Shown piece by piece: positions 38,296 through 46,316 of a stretch of DNA of 64,000 bases; the stretch's first letter is position 1; each line of letters starts with the position of its first letter. The DNA lies in NCBI GenBank assembly GCA_030681135.1, contig JAUXXF010000025.1:12156-76155 (forward strand), read 5' to 3'. The notes under the pieces were generated by a model, which had not been told where the DNA came from, did no database searches, and saw only the letters and a program-made list of their open reading frames with translations. The DNA is from Chlamydiales bacterium. GTDB lineage: Bacteria > Chlamydiota > Chlamydiia > Chlamydiales > SM23-39. A program made the translations under genes and the position numbers.

Positions 38296-38861
38296 TGTAT
38301 AGAAGACAGCTCCTCGATTTATTACATACCTACCACCCCACCTATCCAGAGGAGATCGAATCTAAGCGTAACATGCTCCATTTTATTGAAGACAATGCAC
38401 GCTGTTTTGAAAGAGCTTTGGAAATAGGTCATATGACAGCCTCTTCTTGGCTGCTCAGCCAAGATGGCAGCCAAGCGCTACTCATGCATCACAGAAAACT
38501 CAATCGCTGGCTGCAATTAGGAGGCCATGCCGATGGAGACTCGAACCTCTTGGAAGTCGCTATAAAAGAAGCTCAGGAAGAATCGGGTATCCATCATATC
38601 GAAGCCATAACTCCACATATCTTCGATATTGATATCCATCTCATCCCTGAAAATCCTAAAGAAAAAGCCCACTATCACTACGATGTCCGTTTCTTGCTAC
38701 AAGTAAAAAGCCTTGAAAGAGTGCAAGGAAACCATGAGTCAAAAGAACTGCTTTGGATCAGTAAAGATCCGAGTGAACTGCCTACCAAAGAGAACTCAAT
38801 TCTACGCATGTTTACGAAATGGACAAAGTCCAATGATACTGCACCCGGTCAAATGTTGTGA
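38295..38861 (+). CDS. NUDIX hydrolase
   Basis: 188 aa with Nudix box GGHADGDSNLLEVAIKEAQEESGI. TAATG overlap with the GH3 gene stop. Confidence 0.85.
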   Translation: MYRRQLLDLLHTYHPTYPEEIESKRNMLHFIEDNARCFERALEIGHMTASSWLLSQDGSQALLMHHRKLNRWLQLGGHADGDSNLLEVAIKEAQEESGIHHIEAITPHIFDIDIHLIPENPKEKAHYHYDVRFLLQVKSLERVQGNHESKELLWISKDPSELPTKENSILRMFTKWTKSNDTAPGQML

Positions 38862-38987
38862 ATCTAGGCAGTAGAGTCTATAAGAGCAAATGACCATTGC
38901 CAAGAGCAACGTATGAGCGGAGACAAAAATTCTGAGGCAAAGCAGCCTCAGTCGAAAACTCATTCTTCAAGTCATTTCAGCATAGTA

Positions 38988-39168
38988 TCTTACTTAACTC
39001 ACCTTACGCACACAGGGAGGCTTCTGGGCTGTTTGAAAGCTGTCGATAAATCGAATAGCGCAAAGCGGGTAGTATTGAATGAAATACAACCCACTTTGCG
39101 CTATTCGATTTTCGACGCTTTGAAACAGCCCAGAAGCCTCCCTGTGTACGTAAGGTGAGTTACTTAAT
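38988..39168. repeat. long imperfect palindrome (~80-bp arms)
   Basis: TAACTCACCTTACGCACACAGGGAGGCTTCTGGGCTGTTTGAAAGCTGTCGATAAATCGAATAGCGCAAAGCGGGT pairs with ACCCACTTTGCGCTATTCGATTTTCGACGCTTTGAAACAGCCCAGAAGCCTCCCTGTGTACGTAAGGTGAGTTA. Confidence 0.75.
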
Positions 39169-39471
39169 ACGCTCCAACATCTACGTGAATGTTTTCATCT
39201 AGGCACACCTTTCCCCTTCTGAACCTCTCTACAAATTTATACTAACTTAATTATGATTTTTAAACAAACCTAAATCAAAAACAACTAAACAGAAGCGTTT
39301 TGCACATTTAATTTACAATTAAATGAAAATCTTCTTACATAGAGCTATACATAGACAACCTCTGGAGCTGAAGCTTCGCTCTTGATTCTCAGAAGAACCT
39401 CTTCTCCCGAAAGCGTTTTATGTATAAACACAAGTCAGAACATACAAAAAAACAAAATTGGAGCTTTTTTT

Positions 39472-40011
39472 ATGCATAGAAATCATTTCGAAAAAAATTG
39501 GAATCAATTGAAGAAACAAATCCAAGCAAAATGGAATAAATTGACAGACGCCGATATGGATGCAATCCATGGTAAATTTGATCAATTGATTCAAAAACTT
39601 CAGCAAAAATACGGTCAATCAAAAGAGCATATCGAAAAAGAACTCGAAAACTGGATGCCTGAAAATCAGTCGCAAGGCATGCACGGTGCAGAACACGGAG
39701 AAGAGAAAAAAGGCCACAATCAATCTCAGGAAAAAAAACCTTATGAGAAAGGCCAATCACAAGAAGAGTGGAAAAAGAAAAGCAGCATGCACGGTCAAGA
39801 ACATAAAGAAGAGAAAAAAGGTCACAACGAATCTCATGAAAAAAAACCTTACGAAAAAGGTCAATCACAAGAGGAATGGAAAAAGAAAAGTAACGCGCAC
39901 GGTGCAGAACACGGAGAAGAGAAAAAAGGTCACAACGAATCTCATGAAAAAAAACCTTATGAGAAAGGTCAATCACAAGACGACTGGAAGAAGAAAAGAA
40001 AAGCAGGCTAA
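39472..40011 (+). CDS. CsbD-like stress protein with three C-terminal 36-aa repeats
   Basis: The ATG at 39472 has GGAG 8 nt upstream; the track start at 39382 is probably too far upstream. The N-terminus NWNQLKKQIQAKWNKLTDADMDAIHGKFDQLIQKLQQKYGQSKEHIEKEL matches the CsbD pattern. It is followed by 3 x (HG.EH.EEKKGHN.S.EKKPYEKGQSQEEWKKK). Confidence 0.7.
   Translation: MHRNHFEKNWNQLKKQIQAKWNKLTDADMDAIHGKFDQLIQKLQQKYGQSKEHIEKELENWMPENQSQGMHGAEHGEEKKGHNQSQEKKPYEKGQSQEEWKKKSSMHGQEHKEEKKGHNESHEKKPYEKGQSQEEWKKKSNAHGAEHGEEKKGHNESHEKKPYEKGQSQDDWKKKRKAG
39679..40002 (+). repeat. 3 x 108-bp in-frame tandem repeat
   Basis: Repeat units start at 39679, 39787 and 39895, nearly identical at the DNA level. 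Confidence 0.85.
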
Positions 40012-40020
40012 TCATTCTAT

Positions 40021-40049
40021 ACAAAGAGGTTGCAAGGCAACCTCTTTGT
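40021..40049 (+). terminator. hairpin after the CsbD-like gene
   Basis: ACAAAGAGGTT / AACCTCTTTGT with loop GCAAGGC. The downstream T-run is weak. Confidence 0.5.
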
Positions 40050-40152
40050 TCACATTATTTGGCTACACAAGATGATGCTTTTTGATAAAAAAATATTTTG
40101 ATAGAACACCTCTTATATGGCATAATGAGCATCCTCAAAACGGAGCTTAACT

Positions 40153-41121
40153 ATGCGAACATTCATCTCTCTTTTCATCTTTCAAATTTTCTTGGCAAGC
40201 GCTTCCTATGGCGCCTCCCTTTATGTCGTGCACGCTGCGGAAAACCAGGTGAGCGTCATCGATACAAATACCAACGCAGTTACTGCCACAATCACCTCTC
40301 CTACGTTTACTTTCGGTGGTGGCATGGTGGCAACAAATTCCAACACTCCCTACGTCTTTGTCACAACTGTTGAAAGCGATAAAGTGAGCGTCATTGACGC
40401 AGCGACCAATACAGTCTTAACCACCATCCCTGTCGGAATCGGAGCGGGCGGCGGAATTGCCATAACGCCAGATGGACAATCGGTTTACGTATCGAATCGC
40501 GCTGACTATACCGTGAGTGTCATTGATACATCAACGCTTAGCGTCAAGGCAACTGTCGACCTACAAGATGCTCCTTCTGGTATAGCCATCACTTCTGACG
40601 GCACATCTGCTCTGGTAACAGGACGAGGAGATGTATCAGGATCTGTCACCATAATTGATACAAGAACCAATACCGTAACCCGAGTGATTCCTGATGTAGG
40701 CTCTAATCTTTCTGGAATTGCTATCACCCCAGACGATCTATTTGCTTATGTAGCAGGTCTTTATCCATACGTCATTGATCTCACGACGTTTAGTGTAGTC
40801 CCCTCTTCGATGAATCTGCTCCTCCCTTATTATGCCTCTTCGACGCCCGATGGAAAATTTGTTTATATGACTACAACTCGAGACGGCTCCATTAGCTTTA
40901 TCGACACCACAACCCAATCGATCAGCAATGTGTTATATCTCAACTATGGAGATGATAGCGCTTGTGGAATAGCGATGAATCCCGATAACACGGTTGCTTA
41001 TGTTACCAATATCATGCCAAGTCTCGTTTGCGTGATTGACAACGCTACTCAGCAAGTCAAGACTACGATTCCCGTAGGCACTCCTGGCGTTAGCCGACCG
41101 ACAGGGATTGCGATCAGATAG
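40153..41121 (+). CDS. YVTN-family beta-propeller repeat protein, secreted
   Basis: 322 aa with signal peptide MRTFISLFIFQIFLASASYG. Repeated ~40-aa units of the form .YV....(D/N).VSVIDT.TN.V..TI.VG..P.GIAITPDG. Confidence 0.8.
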   Translation: MRTFISLFIFQIFLASASYGASLYVVHAAENQVSVIDTNTNAVTATITSPTFTFGGGMVATNSNTPYVFVTTVESDKVSVIDAATNTVLTTIPVGIGAGGGIAITPDGQSVYVSNRADYTVSVIDTSTLSVKATVDLQDAPSGIAITSDGTSALVTGRGDVSGSVTIIDTRTNTVTRVIPDVGSNLSGIAITPDDLFAYVAGLYPYVIDLTTFSVVPSSMNLLLPYYASSTPDGKFVYMTTTRDGSISFIDTTTQSISNVLYLNYGDDSACGIAMNPDNTVAYVTNIMPSLVCVIDNATQQVKTTIPVGTPGVSRPTGIAIR

Positions 41122-41141
41122 CGTTCCATGATGAGGGAACG

Positions 41142-41171
41142 AGCAACATTCGCTTCGAAACGAATGTTGCT
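41142..41171 (+). terminator. hairpin after the beta-propeller gene
   Basis: AGCAACATTCG (41142-41152) / CGAATGTTGCT (41161-41171), 8-nt loop, no clear T-run. A shorter hairpin lies at 41122-41141. Confidence 0.35.
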
Positions 41172-41281
41172 GGTTCTCTCTTATACCAGTCTCTAACCAT
41201 CCCTCTCTCAAGCAGTAAAATTTTTTCTGCAAATAAGGAGCTATACAAAAATATAGCACACGCTATAAAATTTTCCCTTGA

Positions 41282-41602
41282 ATGAACGCCTTTGAAATCA
41301 TGAGACAATTACCGATTCCTATAAATAAAGAGAACATTAGCGCCTGCTGTCAAAAAAACCACATTACCTATCTTGCTGTATTTGGATCAGTCTTGACTTC
41401 TCACTTTTCTCCATCTAGCGATGTAGATATTCTTGTAAAATTTGATGAAAAACATATTCCTGGCTTATTTGGGATCTTTGATATTCAAGAAGAACTAAGC
41501 GCAATTGTAGGAAGGGAAGTCGATTTAAAAACTCCAAACGGCTTAAGCCACTATTTCCGCGAAGAGGTCTTATCTAAAGCACAAGTGCTTTATGGAAAAT
41601 AA
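41282..41602 (+). CDS. nucleotidyltransferase-domain protein (MntA-type antitoxin of HepT/MntA type VII TA systems)
   Basis: 106 aa. YLAVFGSVLTSHFSPSSDVDILV carries the GS-x10-DxD minimal nucleotidyltransferase motif. Confidence 0.75.
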   Translation: MNAFEIMRQLPIPINKENISACCQKNHITYLAVFGSVLTSHFSPSSDVDILVKFDEKHIPGLFGIFDIQEELSAIVGREVDLKTPNGLSHYFREEVLSKAQVLYGK

Positions 41603-41657
41603 AGATCACATTCGATTGAAATACATGTTGGATTCCGCAAAGGGAGGCTTTTCGTGA
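41592..41657 (+). pseudogene. 21-codon remnant of a HepT (DUF86) toxin gene
   Basis: An ATG overlaps the MntA 3' end (TATGGAAAATAA), as in intact mntA-hepT pairs. MENKDHIRLKYMLDSAKGGFS* resembles the HepT N-terminus (..D..yL.hiLDai..) and then stops. Confidence 0.4.
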
Positions 41658-43510
41658 TTTTTAAGTGGCATAGATCTTCTCTTTTGCGAATTTTATTTTG
41701 CGGAGTTCTCGTTATGGCTGCGCAGGGCGAAGCCTGCGAAGAAATCGACCAATTTATTGCAAAAATCCCGCATGAACAAAAAATTACTCTAGAACAGACC
41801 TCAAAAAACATACTGACGTCTGTATTTGCAACCCTCGGCTATGTTTTGTATGGCAATAAACCCATGTGTATCGTAGCCACACATGAATTTTCAAAAATCC
41901 CGAATGCACAGGCGTCTTGCGATATTGATATTACTGAACTTAAATGGTTTGATTTCTTAACTGGACTAAATATCCAGCCTCAAGACAAAAAATATCCATT
42001 TATTGAGTGCAAAAGCCAATACCTTAGACACCTTATTTTCATTAACAGAAATCTATTTATTGAAACTGTAAACAAAAATCTTCCTTTGTTTAGATCTATT
42101 TTAGGAAGAACATTAACGGCAGAGAGTTTTCTAGATACATTATTAAAAAGTGGAGATTATTTCTATGACAACTTGAAATCTAATAAACTCCTTCTTGGCA
42201 TTCTTTTGGGCTATGGGACTCAAAACGCTTTGCTTGTTTCTAGAGAAGAAGACTTGACATGTGAATTAGGTGACGACAGAATCCATTTCCCCTTTAAAAG
42301 TTACGAGACATTCATTGGGTTTCAGCAAGTTCCGTCTATTGGATTCTCAACTATACAGGAAGAGCAGAAAAAACTATCCAGTTTGATTGAAGTTTCTACG
42401 AACATTAAGGATTTTGACTATTGTCCCATCCCAAATTTTGGATGCGATCCGAGTTTAAAAGAGACAAAGGATCTCCTTTCCGTTTATGAAAAAAACCGAG
42501 AAAAGATCATCAAGATTGTGAAAGAAGAAAATGTCTTAGCAAAATTAGTAAAACGCTTGTGTACCACTGTCTCCGGCGCAGTGAAACCGCCTCAGGATTT
42601 AGACAAGCCGATTCACAACATTTCTTACGAAGATAGTTCGATGTTGAAAAAATTCATCGATTGCGTTGCTTTGAATATGTTTCAAAAATGTAAAGATCCC
42701 CACTTCAAAGAAAAGCCCTTGATCGAAGCCGTTGTAAAAGGGATGAAGTGTGCTGAAGAGGGAGGATCTTGTCCCATTCCAGACTGGACCGGAACTTGGT
42801 CGCACGGATATGATGCCCGGGGGATTTTTGAGCAGCATCTAGATGAAAAAAAGGCTGACCAATTACTTAAGAAACTAACTAAGCAAAATGATGTCATTAA
42901 ACTGGTTCCGAATTATATTTATCACAAAGTTCTGGTTCAAGGCGAAGGAATTCCAGCAACAAACAAGATCAAAAATGCGACTTTTCATTTTTCCTTGTAC
43001 GCTGATGATGGGACATTTATTCACTCTGGAACGATCAAAAAAGTCGATCTAGAAAAACTCGTTCCAGGCGTTGCTTATTCTCTCATCGGAATGCAAAGAG
43101 GCGAAGAGCGGGTTATATATATTCACCCAAAATATGCCCATGAAAGACCCTTCTATCCATCATCAATGATATTGACTACAACCCACCTTAAATTATTGGA
43201 CTTTGAAGAGGGAGAAACTGAAGCAGCCCTTCCCAAGATTCGTAGAGATCTCGTCGATGCAGAACATTTTCAGGATTTTTTACACGGATATCAAAAAGCT
43301 AAGAGAGCTTCCTGTTTCTACTCAGGCTACCATTTTTGGAAAAATATAAAGGAACTTGATATCGATCTTGATCTAGAGGAATTTTCTAAGCGTTTTAAAT
43401 CAGAGTCCATCTCCCCTCTTTTTCAAAGTGACGAGGAAGCAAGGCAATTTATTCTTGATTTCAACTGCTACTTATTTACTCGCGAATATGCAAGAGAGAC
43501 GATCCCTTAG
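41654..43510 (+). CDS. secreted hypothetical protein with a divergent FKBP-like domain
   Basis: 618 aa. The GTG start is preceded by GGAGG at 6 nt. Signal-peptide-like MIFKWHRSSLLRILFCGVLVMAAQGEA. Near aa 430-510, ATFHFSLYADDGTFIHSG...LVPGVAYSLIGMQRGEERVIYIHPKYAHE aligns by eye to the FKBP core (V.YTG.L.DG..FDSS...VI.G..EG...M..G....L.I.P..AYG). Confidence 0.6.
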   Translation: MIFKWHRSSLLRILFCGVLVMAAQGEACEEIDQFIAKIPHEQKITLEQTSKNILTSVFATLGYVLYGNKPMCIVATHEFSKIPNAQASCDIDITELKWFDFLTGLNIQPQDKKYPFIECKSQYLRHLIFINRNLFIETVNKNLPLFRSILGRTLTAESFLDTLLKSGDYFYDNLKSNKLLLGILLGYGTQNALLVSREEDLTCELGDDRIHFPFKSYETFIGFQQVPSIGFSTIQEEQKKLSSLIEVSTNIKDFDYCPIPNFGCDPSLKETKDLLSVYEKNREKIIKIVKEENVLAKLVKRLCTTVSGAVKPPQDLDKPIHNISYEDSSMLKKFIDCVALNMFQKCKDPHFKEKPLIEAVVKGMKCAEEGGSCPIPDWTGTWSHGYDARGIFEQHLDEKKADQLLKKLTKQNDVIKLVPNYIYHKVLVQGEGIPATNKIKNATFHFSLYADDGTFIHSGTIKKVDLEKLVPGVAYSLIGMQRGEERVIYIHPKYAHERPFYPSSMILTTTHLKLLDFEEGETEAALPKIRRDLVDAEHFQDFLHGYQKAKRASCFYSGYHFWKNIKELDIDLDLEEFSKRFKSESISPLFQSDEEARQFILDFNCYLFTREYARETIP

Positions 43511-43534
43511 AGATTTTTATACCACAAGCTTCAA

Positions 43535-44236
43535 ATGATAATAAATTCGAATCCTTCGGAAAGTTATGATTTACGTTATAATGGCTACCCCAAAACAAGC
43601 GAAATATTGCCATTATCTTCCAGGATTTATGCAATAGCGAAAACAGTTTTCTTCTTTTTCAAAGCCATTTGTTCATTTTTCAATGAGGACACCCTTAAAA
43701 TAATGAAAGAACACGCTGCTTGCGCGTGGACAGGTGTTCGATATAAAAAATTACAAGGATTAGCTAATTTTGATGGCAGATTCACAGTTACTCTGCTGCC
43801 TGAAAATGAGGCATTATTAAGAAATCTTTTGGACGAATCCCCTTATCCACTCGATACATTGATCCGACGAAATTCAGTATCGTTCCCCCCAAATTTTGAT
43901 GAATTAAATCCTCCAGTTACACTAGGTATAGTTCAAGGTTGGCAAGGAGAGCGCACAGATCCTGCTATACTAATTAAAATTTCTGGAGAATCTCTTGCTA
44001 CAGGAAAAATCACAAAAACTGTAGTTTTATTAACACAACGACATAATTTATTGAGCAAATTAGTTGAGTTCACATTAGTCAAAAAAGAGAATGAAACACT
44101 AAGATCCTTATTTTTTAAATCTGACAAAGAAAGCTTTCCTGAAGTTCGTAATGAAGAGAACGGATTTCAATCTCTTAAGCAGCTTTTATCTAAAGGACAA
44201 GTGATGATCGATCAAATGACTTGGAAGTTGGCTTGA
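43535..44236 (+). CDS. hypothetical protein
   Basis: 233-aa ORF co-oriented with its neighbours. One hydrophobic stretch (IYAIAKTVFFFFKAICSFF). No family recognised. Confidence 0.5.
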   Translation: MIINSNPSESYDLRYNGYPKTSEILPLSSRIYAIAKTVFFFFKAICSFFNEDTLKIMKEHAACAWTGVRYKKLQGLANFDGRFTVTLLPENEALLRNLLDESPYPLDTLIRRNSVSFPPNFDELNPPVTLGIVQGWQGERTDPAILIKISGESLATGKITKTVVLLTQRHNLLSKLVEFTLVKKENETLRSLFFKSDKESFPEVRNEENGFQSLKQLLSKGQVMIDQMTWKLA

Positions 44237-44350
44237 AACTTCTAAGTGACGTGAACCTATGTCAATTCGGACGCAATTCGAACTTTCGACTCGAAAAAGT
44301 TTCACGAACGTATTAAGATGTTTATCTTACTTAAAAAAATTGAGGAAACC

Positions 44351-45493
44351 ATGAACCGCCCACATTTATTCATCTCTGCCTTTTTAGGGCTTGCTCTCAC
44401 ATTCGTACATGCAGAGTTTTCATCTGAAGATCATATCTCCATTTCCTCCGAAAAACAGTCTATGATACCTGCTTATTTGAAAGATCTTGAAGAATTTGGA
44501 TATTGCGTTATTCCCGATGTGATTTCGAAAGCTGAAACAGAGGTTCTGTACCAACGTGTTTGGCATGAATATATTGAAAAAGCATGGCCAAATTGCAACA
44601 TGAGTGATCGAAGCAACTGGAGAGAAACATTTCCAGCCCATAATAAACTAGGGATTTTTTGCGGTCCTGCCGGCCAAACTCAAGTCATGTGGGATGTAAG
44701 ACAAGATTCCCGAATCGTCGATATTTTTACTCAAATTTGGAATACAAGTGACCTCATAGTGAGCATGGATGGGTTATCCATTATGTGTCCATCTGAAATA
44801 CGGGAAGAAAATTTTGAGCCATGGCCTCACGTCGATCAAGGAATCAACAAACGACGAGATGGCGTCTTACATAACAATCTTCCTCCCGCTGATTTTGTGA
44901 GCGAATCATCACTAAAAACGAAACCATTTACCATTCAAGGACAGTTTTTATTTGAAGATTCTTTCGATGGTGACGGAGGATTCTTTTGCATTCCAAAGTC
45001 ACACCTTCGATTTGAAGAATTCTCTTCCGCCCTTGAAGCTCTTTATGCACTGAATATTCCCTGGAACGAGAAAATTAAAATAAGAGATGATTACTTACGA
45101 GATATCTTCGGAACAAGCTGCGATGAACCTAACAATATGTATCCGATGAAACATGTAAAAGCTCCACGAGGCTCTCTCATTCTATGGGATTCGAGAACCA
45201 TTCACTGGAATCAACATCCGCAAAAAGACAGACCTTTTAGCAAATGCCCAAAAGTCAGAATGGTCGGATATCTTTGCTATGTTCCAAGAAAAAGAATGTC
45301 TGACGACATCAAAGCTCTTCGAATCAAAGCTTTTGAGACAGGCGTCTCCACAGGTCATAATCCCACTCAGTTTGACCTTAAATATACCAAAGACCATATC
45401 TGGGAAGGTTATGAGCAATATATTGAAGATCCAAGCTACATGCAGCCACACATTTATCTCACCCCATTAGGTGAATCGTTGCTAGGTCGATAG
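44351..45493 (+). CDS. PhyH-family Fe(II)/2-oxoglutarate dioxygenase with signal peptide
   Basis: The ATG at 44351 has GAGGA upstream; the track start is 44318. Signal peptide MNRPHLFISAFLGLALTFVHA. GYCVIPDVISKAETEVL, WPHVDQG (HxD) and PRGSLILWDSRTIHWN (distal His) match the phytanoyl-CoA dioxygenase pattern. Confidence 0.72.
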   Translation: MNRPHLFISAFLGLALTFVHAEFSSEDHISISSEKQSMIPAYLKDLEEFGYCVIPDVISKAETEVLYQRVWHEYIEKAWPNCNMSDRSNWRETFPAHNKLGIFCGPAGQTQVMWDVRQDSRIVDIFTQIWNTSDLIVSMDGLSIMCPSEIREENFEPWPHVDQGINKRRDGVLHNNLPPADFVSESSLKTKPFTIQGQFLFEDSFDGDGGFFCIPKSHLRFEEFSSALEALYALNIPWNEKIKIRDDYLRDIFGTSCDEPNNMYPMKHVKAPRGSLILWDSRTIHWNQHPQKDRPFSKCPKVRMVGYLCYVPRKRMSDDIKALRIKAFETGVSTGHNPTQFDLKYTKDHIWEGYEQYIEDPSYMQPHIYLTPLGESLLGR

Positions 45494-45504
45494 AGCAAAT
45501 ATCA

Positions 45505-46302
45505 ATGAAAAACCCTCTTATTTTCTGGCTGCTTCTGTTCATATCGGCTCACCTGCCTCTTTCTGCAAACAGCTGTCCAATCGTCGAAGAAAGACATCAG
45601 CTATTTATCTTAGGAGTTTTGGCTTATTTGCATAACCAATCGACAGTTGATCCAAAACCAGGACATGATATTACTGCTCTCATTGCGTGGGATGTGGAAA
45701 ATATAAATAAAACTCCAGAATTTGTCCTGGATAGAAACCGAAACTTCGAAAAACAGGGAAATATTTTTCATGCAGAGATGATGACGATTGAAAAAGCAGC
45801 TTGGAAAGAATTCGATTCAAGCATAGACCCTCTCCAGCCTGCAGAAAAGCAATATTCCCGCCGATTAGCTAATGCCACCTTATACAGCTCTTTAGAACCC
45901 TGCCCCTTTTGTACTATGGGAATCACTGTGGCTCGTATTCCTAAAGTGATCTATTTTATGGAAGATCCTGGTCTACGAGATAGTAAAACGCATCTGCCTC
46001 TATTTCCTTTCCCTAATGAATTTCTTGCAAAAAAAATTCCGCACTTCATCTCTTCTTCTTTGCCACTTGCCGAAAAAGTGAACCAAGAACTAAGAGAAAT
46101 GCTTTTGCAAAACCATTTTGGAAAATATACAGTTACTCTACCCAATGGACAAACTGTTTTCGACTTTAGAGGCTACTTTGAAGAAGAGCTCAAGCGACTC
46201 CTCAAATTGGGGCATGAGCTTTTTTCTTCCTATGAGATACTCCATAAAGAAAATAAAGAGTTATACAACAAGATAGCAAAGGCCATAGGATTCTCATCCT
46301 AA
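45505..46302 (+). CDS. CDA-fold (cytidine/deoxycytidylate/TadA-like) zinc deaminase with signal peptide
   Basis: 265 aa. Signal peptide MKNPLIFWLLLFISAHLPLSANS. Zinc/catalytic motifs HAEMMTIEKA and SLEPCPFCTMGI (H-A-E ... P-C-x-x-C), then ...IPKVIYFMEDPG. Confidence 0.75.
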   Translation: MKNPLIFWLLLFISAHLPLSANSCPIVEERHQLFILGVLAYLHNQSTVDPKPGHDITALIAWDVENINKTPEFVLDRNRNFEKQGNIFHAEMMTIEKAAWKEFDSSIDPLQPAEKQYSRRLANATLYSSLEPCPFCTMGITVARIPKVIYFMEDPGLRDSKTHLPLFPFPNEFLAKKIPHFISSSLPLAEKVNQELREMLLQNHFGKYTVTLPNGQTVFDFRGYFEEELKRLLKLGHELFSSYEILHKENKELYNKIAKAIGFSS

Positions 46303-46316
46303 CAAAAACACCTTTA

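Noticed and set aside
38913-39158. 81-aa ORF in the Nudix-CsbD spacer.
   Set aside because: It reads straight through both arms of a 181-bp palindrome, so its second half is the reverse complement of its first half. I treat it as a repeat, not a gene.
39470-40075. 184-aa antisense ORF and 129-aa alternative-frame ORF over the CsbD-repeat gene.
   Set aside because: Both are by-products of the 3 x 108-bp repeat, which keeps all frames open. Only the reported frame yields a recognisable CsbD domain and has an SD.
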